Origin: Dictyostelium discoideum
Lineage: Eukaryota
Direction of reading: 5' to 3'
Length of the DNA: 64,000 bases
Assembly (NCBI GenBank): GCA_000004695.1
Contig: CM000155.2
Span: 640,001-704,000, forward strand
Positions within the stretch are counted from its first letter, which is position 1. Each line of letters begins with the position of its first letter. Of this stretch, positions 11,901-28,197 are shown one piece after another. The notes below the pieces were generated by a model. It was not told where the DNA came from. It ran no database searches and saw only the letters and a program-made list of their open reading frames with translations. Position numbers and translations under genes: made by a program.

Positions 11901-14900
11901 TCTACCACGACCTACATTATTGCCATTGCTATTATTATTATTATTATTATTAACTTCTAATGAATAAATATTAATTGCTAAATCATTACTTTCTAATAAT
12001 GATAAAAATAATGAAAAGAATCTTTCAGGTACATAATATTTTGAATTTGTACCCCAAACATAACGTAAAACTCTATGTGGTAAAATACCAGTGATTGTTG
12101 AATCATGTGATGCATCATTTGCTTCTTCAGCACTAACACTAACATTGAATGGTAAATTTTGAGGATTAAAACAAACCAATGAAGCTATTGCCTTTGCTAT
12201 CCAAATTGGATTCAAAGCAATCATTTCAGTTTTTTGAGGTGTTGAACCTGGTTCCATACGAATGAATTGTTCAAACAATGCAATTGAACCCAATGAATTG
12301 AATAACGATTTCAATTGAGTGAAATGTGGTTCATTATGTAACTCCATTGTACGTGCCATTTGTTGTAGTGTCTTTTTGGTAACCAATGGTGGTGACATTA
12401 AATTTGATTCCTCTTTAAGATAATCCTCTAAAAACATAAAGGAGGCAGGATAGGTTTGTTTTAGTATTGGATTCTTTGCAATCATTTGTTTAATATCTCT
12501 TCTAAGTTTTCTAATTCCATCAGCATCTGATTTCAATGTTGAAACTGCATGAAAAACCAAATTAAGTGTTGGAAATAATTGTTTATATTTTAAAGATAAA
12601 CAATCGAATACTTTATCAACTTGTTTCTTACTATTGGATGAAATCTCATCCAAATGAGTACCAATGATAATGATTGTTGCTTTTTTATCATAATTATTAA
12701 TACCATGTAAATAAGATGTTATCTTTTGTTCATTTGATTTACTTGAACCAAATTTAGATAAATTGAAACAAACTGTATAAATTATATTTGGTACAAAGAA
12801 AACATGACTAATATCATTTTGCATACCTTCAAATTCCCAAAGATGAATTGTAATAGTTTTCTTTTTCTTACCATCTGGACCATCAACATTAATTGGACAT
12901 TGCCAATCTTGAATATCTAAAATATTTGTTTTACTATTACCTGAATTATTTGAATTATTACTGTTTAAATTATTTAATGATGGTAAATTACTTGAAGAAG
13001 ATGAAAAACTTGATTTTGGTAATTTTTTTAAACATTTTATTAAATTTGATTTACCAGTTGATTTATCACCCAACATAATGATTCTAGTACGATAACAAGG
13101 TACGTTGGTTCTCATGGTTTCAGAAAAGAATGAGAAAATACCTTCTTTACCTTTTTGAATATATTTCTCTGGTATATTATCTTTTAATGGTTTATTACCA
13201 GTTAATTCTAATGAATTTAATTTCTTTAAAGCTACAATACCAGGTGGTAAACGTGAGATATTATTATTTGTTAATCTAAGTTCAATGAGTGATTGCATTC
13301 TATGAATTGCAGAACTAATCGATTGTAATTGATTATTATCTAAATAAAGTTTCTTTAAATTTGTTAATAATAAAAGTTGGGGTGGTAATGACTGGATTTG
13401 GTTTCCATTTAAATTGAGTTCAGTCAATGATGTTAATTTTTGGATATCAGAAGTTAAATGAGAAATTTGATTATCTGCCAATGTCAATACTTGTAATTCC
13501 ACTAAATTAATTATACCCTCTGGTATGGAGGTTAAATGATTCTTTCTTAAATCCAGTGACCTTAATTTAGTGGATGTGCATATCTTTGGAATACCATTAT
13601 CGTCCAAATCGTTATTACTAACACGTAACACCTCCAATGTCGGGATTTGAAAGATATCAATTGGTAATTTAGTGAGATAGTTATTTGAAATATTTAAAGT
13701 TTTCAATTTTAACCAAGTATACAATGGTGGTAATACCACCAATCTATTACTACTCAATGTCACATTCTCAAGATTACTTAATCTCGTTCCCAAGAAATCT
13801 GCCATCTCTGATGAAATCTCGGTTAAATTATTCTCTTCTATACAAATGGTTCTCAATGATGTTAATCTTGCAAGATCACCTGGTAATAATTTAAATTTAT
13901 TTCTATTCAAATTTAATTCTTGTAAATCTTTAAGTTGTTTAATTTCGTTTGGTAAACTTTCCAACTCTAATGAAAACATATCCAACTTTTGTGGTATAAT
14001 TCTATTCAATTGTGATATTGATTTAGTTACTGAATTTATATATGCATATATTAATTTACATGTTGAAGGTGACTGAAATGAAAATGTTATAACTGTTTTA
14101 GTATCACTACTACAATAAACTGTAAAATTAGGTAATACTTTTAATGATGATGATAGTGATGTTGACGATATTGATGGTGTTGATGATGACGATGATGATG
14201 CTGATGACGAATTTGATATTGATGATGATGACGATGATGATGATGATTGTGGTGGTGTATATAATACAATTTTTAAAATACTGCTAAATAAAATAGCTAA
14301 ATCAGGTTCACCATGATCAATATTAACCTTTGGTCTCCAAACAATTTGTTTATGAAATAACCATAAATTACCAACTGATGATTGATGTTGACTCTTTTGT
14401 GTTGATGTTAATACCTCTTCAATATAAAGAATTTGAGCATCATCTGTATTCATACGTTCTTCAGGTGATTGGAATAAAATATCAGCTTGTTGAATAAACA
14501 TTGTTACAATATCTTTAATTGTCTTTAAATGTGATTCACTAATCTCTTTACTTTGAGCAATTGTTCCAATAGTTGGTCTTAATATAAATTTATGAAATCT
14601 TTCAACTAATAATTCCAATGTAACATCATTAAAATTTGTATATACCATAATATCTTTTAAATATTTCATTAATCTACATAAAATTGATTTATTTGGATTA
14701 TTCATTTTCCTAATCATTAAATGTAATAAAGTTTCTATAAAAAAATAAAAATAAATTTATTAATATATTATTAATATTATTATTATTAAATTGTTTAATA
14801 TATTGATGATATATTAATATTTACCAGTTTGATAATAATTTAAAAGAGTTTCATAAAATTCAACACTTATAATTGGTTCAGGTAAACGATTAAAAAATTC

Positions 14901-15984
14901 AATTAAAATTTCTGAAACAACATGAACATTACATTTTTTAAGTGATACTTCAATACCTTGATCATATTGATTACAAATATTTTCAACTTCTAATTTAATT
15001 GATTTTTGTGATAAATATTGATGTGGTGATGTATTTGTATTTGTTGTTGTTGTAGTAGTAGGCTGTGGTTGTTGTTGTTGTTGTAGTTGATTTATAATAT
15101 TTGGTGATGAATTACCAGATGAACCAGATGAAGAAGATGATGATAATGATGATGATAAATTTGGAGATGTTGGTACACTAATTGTTGGTATGGTTGTATT
15201 TGCAGCAGTTGAGATTGGACTAATACTTGAGGCTAAATTACTAGTACTTGTATTATAATCACCATAAAACAATCTATTTGTTGATAATGCACTACTTGAT
15301 TCTAAGATTGTAAAGATTGAATTTAAAATTGAGGGTATTTGATTACCACTTTCGTTTGGGTAACGTAATATTACACGTAATGGTATACCGAATATACCTT
15401 CGAATGGTACAACTTGAACACTGTTTAAAGAGTTTGGTGATGTGTGACCACTAATTGTACCACTACCACTTGATATAGAGGAGGAGGTTGATTGCTGGTA
15501 TGGTGATGATGGTGTTTTATATTGTTCTTTACTTTGACTAACTAATTTACTCATTCTCTCTTTTGAAAGACTCATTTTACCTAAAAATTGCATAACTTTT
15601 TCACCGGCACCTGCTTGTTTAACACCTGATGATGACGATGATACACCTGTTGAATTCATTAATGGTGACCTATTTTGACTGCTAACTGCAGATGCTGATG
15701 TTTTCTTATTATGATTACCTCTTGGATAACCCATAGTTGGTGATGATGATAATGGCATTTGTGAATCAGAGTTTAGTCCTGTTAAATGTGGTGGTTGTGG
15801 TGATGTTGATTGAATAATTGGCGATGTAACACCACTTGATTGATTACTACTGCTACCATGAGTATTACTATTATTATTATTATTACCACCATTATCAATA
15901 CCACTACCTGACATTGATAATGAACCACTGGTACCATTTGAAGGTGAATGATTACCATTCATTGGATGTTGTGGTTGTTTATTG

Positions 15985-16015
<31 letters not shown>

Positions 16016-16982
16016 AACCTGCTACTGAATTATGAAAATTACCATGGGTTGAATGTTTATTTAGTGCTGGCATTGTTGGTGAACTTAAATAATTATTATT
16101 ATTATTATTGTTGTTGTTGTTGTTACCATTACGTTGTTGTTGTTGTAATTGTGATAAAATATTTAAAGTTTGAGTTGAAGCTGTACCAGATGGTGAAGTA
16201 CTATTATAGATACCACTACCACTATTGTTTAAAGAGATTGAAGGTGAAACATCACCAGCAGCACTTGTACTACTAATTTTAATTGGTGATAATGGTGGTT
16301 TATTACCACCAGAATTCCTTTTACCATTATTATTTCTAGAGAGTGTTGGTGATGGTGATATAAATAATGGTACCTCTGGTAATGATGAAATTAAATCTTT
16401 TTTTTGCGCTTTAATATTTTCTTTCTCTTCTGTTGTTAATGGTAATTCTTCATTAATTAATGTTGCAAAGGTTTCATTATCTTTATCTTTATCTTGTTTG
16501 TTGTTATTATTAGTTTGTAAATTTGGTGGTGTTGATGTTGGTGATGTTGGTACTGGCGGAATTGGTATATTGCTTGCCAATAATAATGATTTCAATTGTT
16601 GTGCATTAAATGTATTACCACCTGATAATCTAGTACCACTTGGTGATGTTATATATGTTGGTGAGGCTGATATTGTTGGTGATGATGTAGTAGTTGTTGC
16701 AACTGGTGACATTGCAGTTGTAGTTGTTGTTGTTGTTGTTGTTGTTATAATTGTTGGTGGAGGTGGTGATGATGATGTATTTATTGTTTGTGTTGGTAGT
16801 GGTGGTGGTGGTGATAATGTATCATTCTCTAATAAATTTTGTTGTGGTGAGCTTGGTGGAATTGATTTATTATCATCTGCACCATTTACACTATAATTTA
16901 ATGATGCACTACCAATTGATGATGTTATAATAGAATCTGGTGAAACTTGAATGATTTCATCATCATCCAATAAACCTGACAT
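8952..16982 (-). CDS. Roco-family protein: RhoGAP - LRR - Roc GTPase - COR - (pseudo)kinase - Kelch/RGS/Kelch; exons 16982..14825 and 14734..8952
   Basis: The 3-prime ORF has LRRs (LKDLQELNLNRNKFKLLP...) and a Roc P-loop (IIMLGDKSTGKSNLIKCL). The kinase domain has VNIK, DFS, SPE and DVYSFGIILYEL. An RGS domain (FEDKLMVVL...EENLMFYEAIKTF...IYQVFIGENAP) and Kelch repeats (HFGGWNN, VIGGWFN) follow. The 5-prime ORF (14814..16982) has a RhoGAP-like end (CNVHVVSEILIEFFNRLPEPIISVEFY). It terminates at a GTAAAT donor (ACTG|GTAAAT), followed by a 90 bp AT-rich intron (14735-14824) and a TTTTATAG acceptor. Reading continues in frame E-TLLHL-MIRKMNNPNK, the start of ORF 8952..14717. Total about 2640 aa. 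Confidence 0.8.
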
Positions 16983-17504
16983 TTTTTCTTCTTTTTCTTC
17001 TTTTTTTTTCTGATTAATTATTAATTATAAATAAATAAATAAAATAAATAAATAAAATAAATAAATAAATAACCTATAAGTTTAAATAAATATTTATATA
17101 TTAATATATTATATTTATATAATAAAATTATATTATATTATATTATATTGGTTTTTATTATTAAAATATAAAATAAATATTTCTAAAATAAAAAAAAAAC
17201 AAAAAAAAACAACAATAATAATATTAAAAAAGGAGGAATAAATTAATATATAATTTTACAAATTGTGTGTGTGTGTTTAGAATGAATAAATTAACAATCC
17301 AAATAAAAAAGTGTGTAGAAAGGAGATTTTTTTTTTTTTTTTTTTCTAAACAAAAAAAAAAAAAAAATTATTTAGTAATAAATTAATGACAAACAATAAA
17401 TTGTAAGTTATCAATTAATTTAATTACTATTATTATTACTATTATTGTTATTATTATTATAATTAAATAAACATAAAATAAAAAAAGTGTAATTTGTTTT
17501 ATTT

Positions 17505-17551
<47 letters not shown>

Positions 17552-18233
17552 TAAAAATAGTTTTTAAAAAAAAAAAGACATACACTTTAATACTGATGAT
17601 TAACAAAAAATTAAAAAATAAAAATAAAAAAAAAAAAGGAAGGAGGTGTCCGGTTACCTTTTATTATTATTATTTTTTTTTTTTTTTTTTTTTTTTTCCT
17701 TTTTTTCAATTTAATTTGTTTTAAAATATAATATCTTTTGTGAAAGTGGTGTGGATTGATTAATGGTGTGTGATAAAAATAAATTTGAAAAAAAAAAAAA
17801 AGTTTTTTAAATTCACCCCCAAAAATATAAAATAATAATCACAATGTAATTGGGGGTGAAAAAAAAAAATTAAAAAAATAAAATAAAATAAAAATAAAAA
17901 ATAAAGAGATCTAGATTGATTTAAATATAGTTTTAAAAGAAGAAAAAAAGAAAAGAATAGTATTTGTTTTCCTTGTGTCCTTTTTAAACAAATTTCCAAT
18001 ACCTACTTATAAGAATAAATATGAAAGTCTAATTTTGAAAATTTTTGGGGGGAATGTAAATGTACAATAAATAAAATTAATTGAAAATAAATAATAAATT
18101 GAAAAAAAAAAAAAAAAAAAAAAAAAATTTTTGTGAAGGTTTATTTGGGGAAGGATTTTTGTTATTGTTACTGTTATTACTATTATTATTATTATAATTA
18201 ATATTAAGTTAAATTCGGGATTCTAAAAAAATA

Positions 18234-18288
<55 letters not shown>

Positions 18289-18466
18289 TATTTTAATGGA
18301 AAAAAAAGGGGGGCCCCCTGCAAAAAAAGTTGTTTTTTAAAATGAAAAAAAGGGGATGAGGATTATTGGTTTATTAAAAAGGATTTCCCATTGGTTTCAC
18401 ACCGAAAAAATTTTTTTTTTTTTCAACAAACAACAAAATATAATCAAATGATATGAAAAAAAATAT

Positions 18467-18497
<31 letters not shown>

Positions 18498-19590
18498 AAA
18501 AAAAGGTTTTAAAAAAAAAAAAAAAAAAAAAAATCTTTTTTTTTTATAGTTTTTTTTTCCAAACGGTTAAAAATCATTTTTTAAATATTTTTAAATGTTG
18601 TCATTCGATTCAAATCTAAGCAGGCCTTTTTTAAAAAAAAAAAATTTAAAAAAAAAATTAAAAAAAATAAAATAATGAAATGAAAAAAATTAAAAGAAAT
18701 TGAAAAAAAAAATAAAAAAATAAAATAAGATGAACCACAAGATTTGATCAAATCTAACTTTTATTATTATTATTATTATTTTTAAAAATAATAATAATAA
18801 TAAAATAATTAAACAAATAATAAAAAAATAAAAAAAAAAAAAAAAATAAAAAAATAATTATTTCACATTACTGTAGATTTTAAAATTATAATTTACGACA
18901 ATGTAAACAATTCACGTTTTTTTTTTTTTTTTTTTTTTTTTTTCAACACAGCAAATTTGCACATTTTCTAATTTTTTTTTTTCTTTTTAAAATTTTATTA
19001 TGAACTACAACCATTTTTTTTTTTTTTTTATTTTAAAAAAGGGGAATAAAATAACCAAAAAAAAAAAAAAAAGTTAATTATTTTTTAGAAAAAAAAAATA
19101 AAAAGTAAAAAAATATAAAAAAAAATAATAAAAAATAAAAAATAATAATTAAAAATAATTATTACTTACACAGTTATAATAGGCATATTAAATAAGTTTT
19201 AGCCTTAATTTTTTTTTTTTTTATCTTTTATCCATCCCACATTTTAGATTAATTTTATTTGTTTTAATCCTGTAACAATAAATCCAGTGAGGGGAGATGG
19301 GTGAGGGGGTCATGATAGCTTTATTTTCTTAATTTAGAATAAATAAAGATCTATTTTCTATTATTTTTTATTATTTTTTTTTTAATAATTATTTTTTTTT
19401 TTTTTTGTTTTATTATTATTTTCTTTTGGTTTTTTTTTTTTTTCAATTGGTTTTTTTTTTTTTTTTTTTTTTTTTTTCCTAATAATTTTTTATTAAAAGG
19501 GTTAATAAACAAAAAAGGAATTACTTACTAATTATCATATGCATAATATTTTTTCCATTATTTTTGGATTTGGAAAAAAATATTTTTTCC

Positions 19591-19623
<33 letters not shown>

Positions 19624-19717
19624 TTTCACCCCTACCCAAATAAAATAATTTATTCTTTATTATTAATTATTAAAATTTTAAAAAAATAAAAAAAAATTGG
19701 AATTTAAATTTTAAAAG

Positions 19718-20655
19718 ATTATTTAAAAAAGATGTTAATGGTCCATGGTCTTTGCCAATTATTGGTGGTATTTATTTAATTAATGATAATCCAAACAGAG
19801 CATTAACAAAATTATCAAAAAAATATGGTGGAATTTATAAAATTTGGCTTGGTGAATCATTTTCAATGGTAAAAATTATTATAATAATTAAAAATAATAA
19901 TAATTTATTAATTTTAAATATTTTTTAAAAAAGGTTGTTTCAGATCCAGAGATTGTAAATGAAATTTGGGTTAAACAACATGATAATTTTATTAATCGTC
20001 CAAAAAATATTACACATAAAATGTTTTCAAGTAATTATAGGTCACTCAATTTTGGTGATAATCCAAATTGGAAATTTAATAGATCAATGGCTTCAAGTCA
20101 CTTTACAAAAACAAAATTATTATCATCAAAAGTAACATCTGTTGTTGAAAAAAAATTAAATAAATTAATTGAAACAATGGAATATCATTCAATAAATAAA
20201 TTACCAGTAAGTATTTATTATTATATATATAAATAAATAATATTTATTTATAATAATAAAATTTAAATTATAGTTTGATTCATATGTTGGATTTAGTGAG
20301 TATTCATTAAATATAATTTTAAATATGCTTGTTTCAATGGATATTGATGAATGTGAAAATTCAACACAAAATGTAATTTATTCAATTAATGAAATTTTTA
20401 AAATGCTTTCGACAAATAGTCCACAATATAGCTTTCCATATTTAAAATTCTTCTTTAAAAAAGATTTAAATAATTTTAAATTCCATTTAGATAAAATTAA
20501 ATCTTTCATTCATTCAATTTATTTAAAACAATTAGAATCATATGATCCTTCAAATCCAAGAAATATTTTAGATTCATTCATTAGTGATCTCCAATCAAAT
20601 GATATTGATATTTTATTGCAAATTTGTATAGATATAGTGGTTGCAGGAACTGGTA

Positions 20656-20745
<90 letters not shown>

Positions 20746-21121
20746 TATTTTAAATTATCCAATTATACATAAATTAATTAATTAGTTTTTTATTTATTAT
20801 TATTATTTAATATAGATACTGTTGCAAACTTATTACAATGGTTTGTTTTATTTTGTATAAATTATCCAGAAATTCAAGAAAAATTATATAATGAAATTAT
20901 TGAAGTTGTTGGAAAAGATTGCAAGGTTTTAAAATATGAACATATTTCAAAAATGCCTTATTTATATGGATGCTTTAGAGAATCATTAAGAATTCGTCCT
21001 GTCACACCATTATCATTACCTCGTGTCGCAAAGTGTGATACATATATTAAAGATGATATTTTTATTCCAAAGGGTGTAAGTTAATTTTCAATTTCCATTA
21101 TTTATTTATTTTATTTATTAA

Positions 21122-21168
<47 letters not shown>

Positions 21169-21533
21169 CAACAATAATTCAAAATATATTTGGAATGGGA
21201 AATGATGAAAAATATATAAGCGAACCAAATAAATTTAAACCAGAGAGATGGGTTGAATATATTAAAAATAAAAAAGTTAATAAAAATGGAAATGAAAATT
21301 CTGTAAATAAATATTTTAATGATTTAGATAAAATTTCAATCCCATTTGGTGTAGGAAAAAGACAATGTTTGTCACCTGCAATGGCAGAACAAGAATCTTT
21401 ACTTTCAATCGCTACTGTGGTATTAAACTACAAACTAAAATCAAATGGACAAAAAAAATTAAATGAAAAAGAAGTTTATTCAATCACAATTAAGCCACAA
21501 CCTTTTAAATTATTTTTAGAAAAAAGAGTATAG
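19718..21533 (+). CDS. Cytochrome P450, multi-exon; first Met-containing exon unresolved; exons ?..19868, 19934..20206, 20274..20652, 20816..21075 and 21168..21533
   Basis: Conserved P450 blocks are present: N-terminal GPWSLPIIGG, I-helix AGTDTV (spanning the exon C/D junction), ESLRIRP (ExxR), and heme-binding FGVGKRQCLSPAMAE. Donors are ATG|GTAAAA, CCA|GTAAGT, ACTG|GTAATA and GGT|GTAAGT. Acceptors are AAAG, TTATAG, ATATAG and AAAAAG, and all phases are consistent. An in-frame TAA at 19671 with no ATG after it shows that the start exon lies upstream and is not found. Confidence 0.8.
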
Positions 21534-22610
21534 AATAAAATTGATATAAATAGATAAATTAACAGATAAAGATATTGTGCGTTTTAAAAAAAATAAAAAA
21601 ATTTACCCAATTAAAAAAAAAAAAAAAAACGCTCAATTTTTTTTAAGTTTTATATATTTGTTTTAAAATTTTAAAACAAATATATAAAATTTAAAAAAAA
21701 AATTTTTTTATTTATTTATTATCATCTTTGAGTTTGTTAGAAAAAGAGTATAAAATAAATTTATAAACAGATAAAGATATTTAGTTTAAACAATAAGTTT
21801 TTTTTTTAATTGAGCACATTAAAGCTCTTTTTATTATTATTATTATTTTTTTTTTTTTTTTTTTTTTTTTTATTGAATAATATCGAGTTATAGATCACAG
21901 TAAGAGTTTGTTTACGTGTGTTGGGGCTTGGTTATTTGATGCAATTAGATTGGGATCTTTCTTATAAAAGATGGCAAAATACTACAATGGAAGCATAGAT
22001 TTCCATTCGACTCGACTAATTATTAGGGTCAATATCTTTTTTCTTGTACACAAGATCATTTCAAATCTATTTTAATAACACTAAGAATTATTAAAATAGT
22101 TTGAAAGAGAAAATTTTCTAATCGGAAAAATAAACTTGAAATCCTTGAATTAATAAGTGGATGATGATGGTGGTGATGATGGTGGTGATGATGGTGATGG
22201 GGTAGTGTTCTAAATTTAAAGTACTAAATTCATCTTGGGGATATGTTAATGCGGTAAGGCAATACTAAGCAAGAATAAATGTCTTCTAGTTGAATTGAAT
22301 TATTGACAATTCTCATCTAGATGAATGGACATTGATATGGTACTTTTGGATAGAGCACTTAATACTAATTCAAGTTGTAAGTGATTTCTTTTTTTTTTTT
22401 TCTTTTGAAAACCTTCAAAGGATAGAGTCTAATAAAAGTTGAGTTTTCGTGGAATTCTGTGGCGACCAAATAAAACCGCTGGTTGTAGTCTCGTTATAAC
22501 AAAATCAACAGAGGTTTTACCAAATGGATGACGTATAGATATTCTATATTCATGGCGTGTGGTTGAATTATGAGTTGGTTGGGGTTTGTTGCAATTTTTG
22601 AACACACAAG

Positions 22611-22613
<3 letters not shown>

Positions 22614-22701
<88 letters not shown>

Positions 22702-22702
22702 C
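22614..22702. repeat. (TTA)n microsatellite, about 29 units
   Basis: Perfect repeat in intergenic DNA next to a GC-richer island. Confidence 0.9.
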
Positions 22703-23021
22703 ATTAATTATTGAAAGCTTCTTTTAAGATATTGTTTCTTTTTTTTTTTTTTTCTTTTGGTGGAAATTGTTGAATGGCGAAGGATCAATAAAATTATTTT
22801 AATGAAACAAATGATAACATTGTGTGTGAGTGTGTGTAATAGTGATGTGGAATTGAGCAAACAAAGCAAAAACCGAATCTATAATCAAATAGAATTCAAA
22901 TAAAAATGTGACAAATAATGATGATGAAATTGATTGATTTTTTAAATTGAAAAATTAAAACAAAAAGTTTGTGTGTGGATATAAGTATAATAAAAAGTGT
23001 GTTGGTATTGTTTTATACTTG

Positions 23022-23053
<32 letters not shown>

Positions 23054-23459
23054 GAAAAACCAAATTAATTCCAACATAATAAATGTGAGGGTGAGAGAAC
23101 AAAACAAATATAAAATTGAAAAAACACAAAAATATAAAATATAAAATTGGTAATTATACTAGTATATACGTATATGTATAATTATTACTTTGAAGAGCTT
23201 AAACTTATATGGCAGAAAGCAGAAAAATCGATTATCCATTAACCTGTTCTTTCCATTAGAATCAACGTCTACGCAAAGCTTGGATAGGAGAGATTACAAT
23301 CAAGATATTCTAGACTGTAGGGGGTGTTTTGAAAGGTTTTTCCCAATTATACTCTAAAAGGATACTAGTAAACATCTTCTACTGGCTCTGATTGGGATAT
23401 TACAAAGCAGAAAGAATACATTTGATCCATGATGTCAACATCACCGTGTGAACGATGAT

Positions 23460-25912
<2,453 letters not shown>

Positions 25913-26760
25913 TTTATTATGTGTATGTATGACTATGTGTTGTGATATATAATTGTTTTTTTTTTTTTAAAAAAAAAAAAATTGCTACTTTAAAAAATTA
26001 AAATTTGGAATTTTGGAAAAAGGTTTTTTTTTTTTTTTAAAAAAACTTTTAATTTTTTTTTTTTTTTAAATTTTTTTTTTTTTTTTTTTTATGCTATGGA
26101 GTTACTAATTAGGAAATCTATTGTTAGTCAGTTACGAAAAAATAAAAAAAAAAAAAATATTAAGTTAGGAAGTGAATCTGCATTATTTTAAAATTTCAAA
26201 AATAAAAACTGGTAAATCTATCAATTTGCCAAATTTAACAGTAAATAGAAAACAATTTTAAAATTTTAAAATTTTAAAATATTATAATAAAACATACTTT
26301 TTGATTTTTTTTTGATTTTTTTTTTTTTTTTTGATTGATTTTTTTTATTTTTTTTATTTAATATTAAATAAAATATGTAGGGATAAAATAATTTAAAATA
26401 TTATTATAAAATTAATAAATTGTTTTTTTTTTTTTTTCTTTTTCTTATTTTATTTGTGATTAAAAAAAAATAAGAAAAACAGTGGGACTGCTTCAAATAT
26501 TTAAATTTATAAATTTGATTTGAAACAACCCAATCCTACCTTAAAATTGATGAGGATTGGGTTTTATTTTTTGTTTTGTATTATTTAGGTGAAAAGAAAA
26601 TTGGAAAAAAATACTGAATCGTATCAAAAAACTAACAATAAATAGAGAAATCTAAAAAAAAAGTTTTTTTTTTATTTTATTTTTTTTTAACTTTGCACTA
26701 TTATTGGTATTGTTGTTGTTTTGATACTTTTTTTATAGTTTTGTTTTTTTTTTTTTTTTG

Positions 26761-26899
26761 TTTTGTTTTGTTTTGTTTTGTTTTGTTTTGTTTTGTTTTN
26801 NNNNNNNNNNNNNNNNNNNNNNNNNNNNNNNNNNNNNNNNNNNNNNNNNNNNNNNNNNNNNNNNNNNNNNNNNNNNNNNNNNNNNNNNNNNNNNNNNNN
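26761..26899. other. (GTTTT)8 repeat abutting a 100-N assembly gap (26800-26899)
   Basis: A run of exactly 100 N is a conventional unknown-size scaffold gap. The pentanucleotide repeat runs into it. Confidence 0.95.
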
Positions 26900-27320
26900 T
26901 GTCTTGATTATAGATCAAATCTATTAAAGAGAAAAAAAAAGAAAAAGAGTGAAACAGTCTGAAAAATGTTTAAATAAATAATTATAAAAAGATTTACAAT
27001 TTTATATTGGGAGTGTTGCTATTTTTATATTATTTTCACCATCATATCAAAAATGTACTTTTTTTTTTTTTTTTTTTTTTTTTAGGGGGATCCCAACACC
27101 TCTACATGTAAATAAATAAAAAAATAAAAAAAAAAAATAAAAAAAAAAACACACACCCACAACAAGTGTTGTTGTTGGAAATTATAAATTTTATCTGGGG
27201 GGTAAGGGGGGGGGACTTTTTTTTTCTTTTTGAAAGGGAACCGGGGAATGGAAAATATATATATATATTAAAAAATAATAAAAATAAAAATAAAAATAAA
27301 ATTTAAATTAAAAATGTTAG

Positions 27321-27351
<31 letters not shown>

Positions 27352-27773
27352 TAAAAAAAAAAAAAACCCACCAAATTAAAACTTTTTCCAATTTAGGGGA
27401 GGGCCACTAAAAAAAATGGGGTTAATTTAATTTTCTTTTTTGGGTAAAAACACCTTTTTTAAATACCAAAAAATTATTTTTATTTTTTTAAAAATTTTAA
27501 AAAAAAAAACCAATCAAATAAAATAAAAATCAAATAATAAATAATTAATAAATAATAAATAAAAAATTAAATAATAAATAAAAAAAAAAAAAAAAAAAAA
27601 AAGGGAAACACCTTTTTTTTTTTTTAAACATTCTCTTATTTTTTTTCTTATATTTATATTTTTATTTTTATTTTCATAATGGGAATTTTATTTTTTTAAT
27701 TTTATTTTTTAATATCTTTTTTTTTTTTAATCACATTACACATATACAAAAAAAAAAAAAACATTACACACAC

Positions 27774-27881
<108 letters not shown>

Positions 27882-27902
27882 TAAATTGAATATAAAATAA
27901 AA

Positions 27903-28125
27903 ATGGATGATGGGAATGAAAATAATGAAAACGCTCAACATGACGAATATGATGAAGAAGAAATTGAAATACCAATCGATGAAATCATAATTGAAGAGGT
28001 TGACGATGATCACTTATTAGAAGGTGAAGGAGAGTTTCAAATTATAACTCAACCATCAAATAATAATAATAATAGTAATAATAATAATTTCGGGGATATT
28101 TACGTTTCAAATCCAAATACACCAC

Positions 28126-28197
<72 letters not shown>

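Noticed and set aside
11255-14076. Several 60-117 aa plus-strand ORFs (11255..11608, 11605..11799, 12893..13078, 13685..13894, 13846..14076)
   Set aside because: They are antisense to the long, well-supported Roco coding region. They are low-complexity and have no homology.
15836-16896. ORFs 15836..16276 (poly-Y/H) and 16225..16896 (poly-V/G)
   Set aside because: They are antisense or out of frame in the low-complexity N-terminal exon of the Roco gene.
17494-17999. Short F/K-rich ORFs in the 17-19.7 kb AT desert
   Set aside because: They are homopolymer translations with no coding composition.
19539-19673. 44-codon ORF MHNIFSIIFGFGKKYFF... as a candidate P450 first exon
   Set aside because: It is in the same frame but ends in TAA. 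There is no GT donor before the stop and no adequate hydrophobic anchor.
22141-22200. Possible coding (DDGGDDGG) reading of the GATGATGGTGGT repeat
   Set aside because: It is 60 bp only, with no flanking ORF, so I treat it as a minisatellite.
22429-22704. Minus-strand ORF starting with poly-Ile
   Set aside because: It is a translation of the (TTA)29 microsatellite plus 40 non-repetitive codons with no homology.
26693-26962. ORFs spanning the N run
   Set aside because: They read through a 100-N assembly gap, so they are artefactual.
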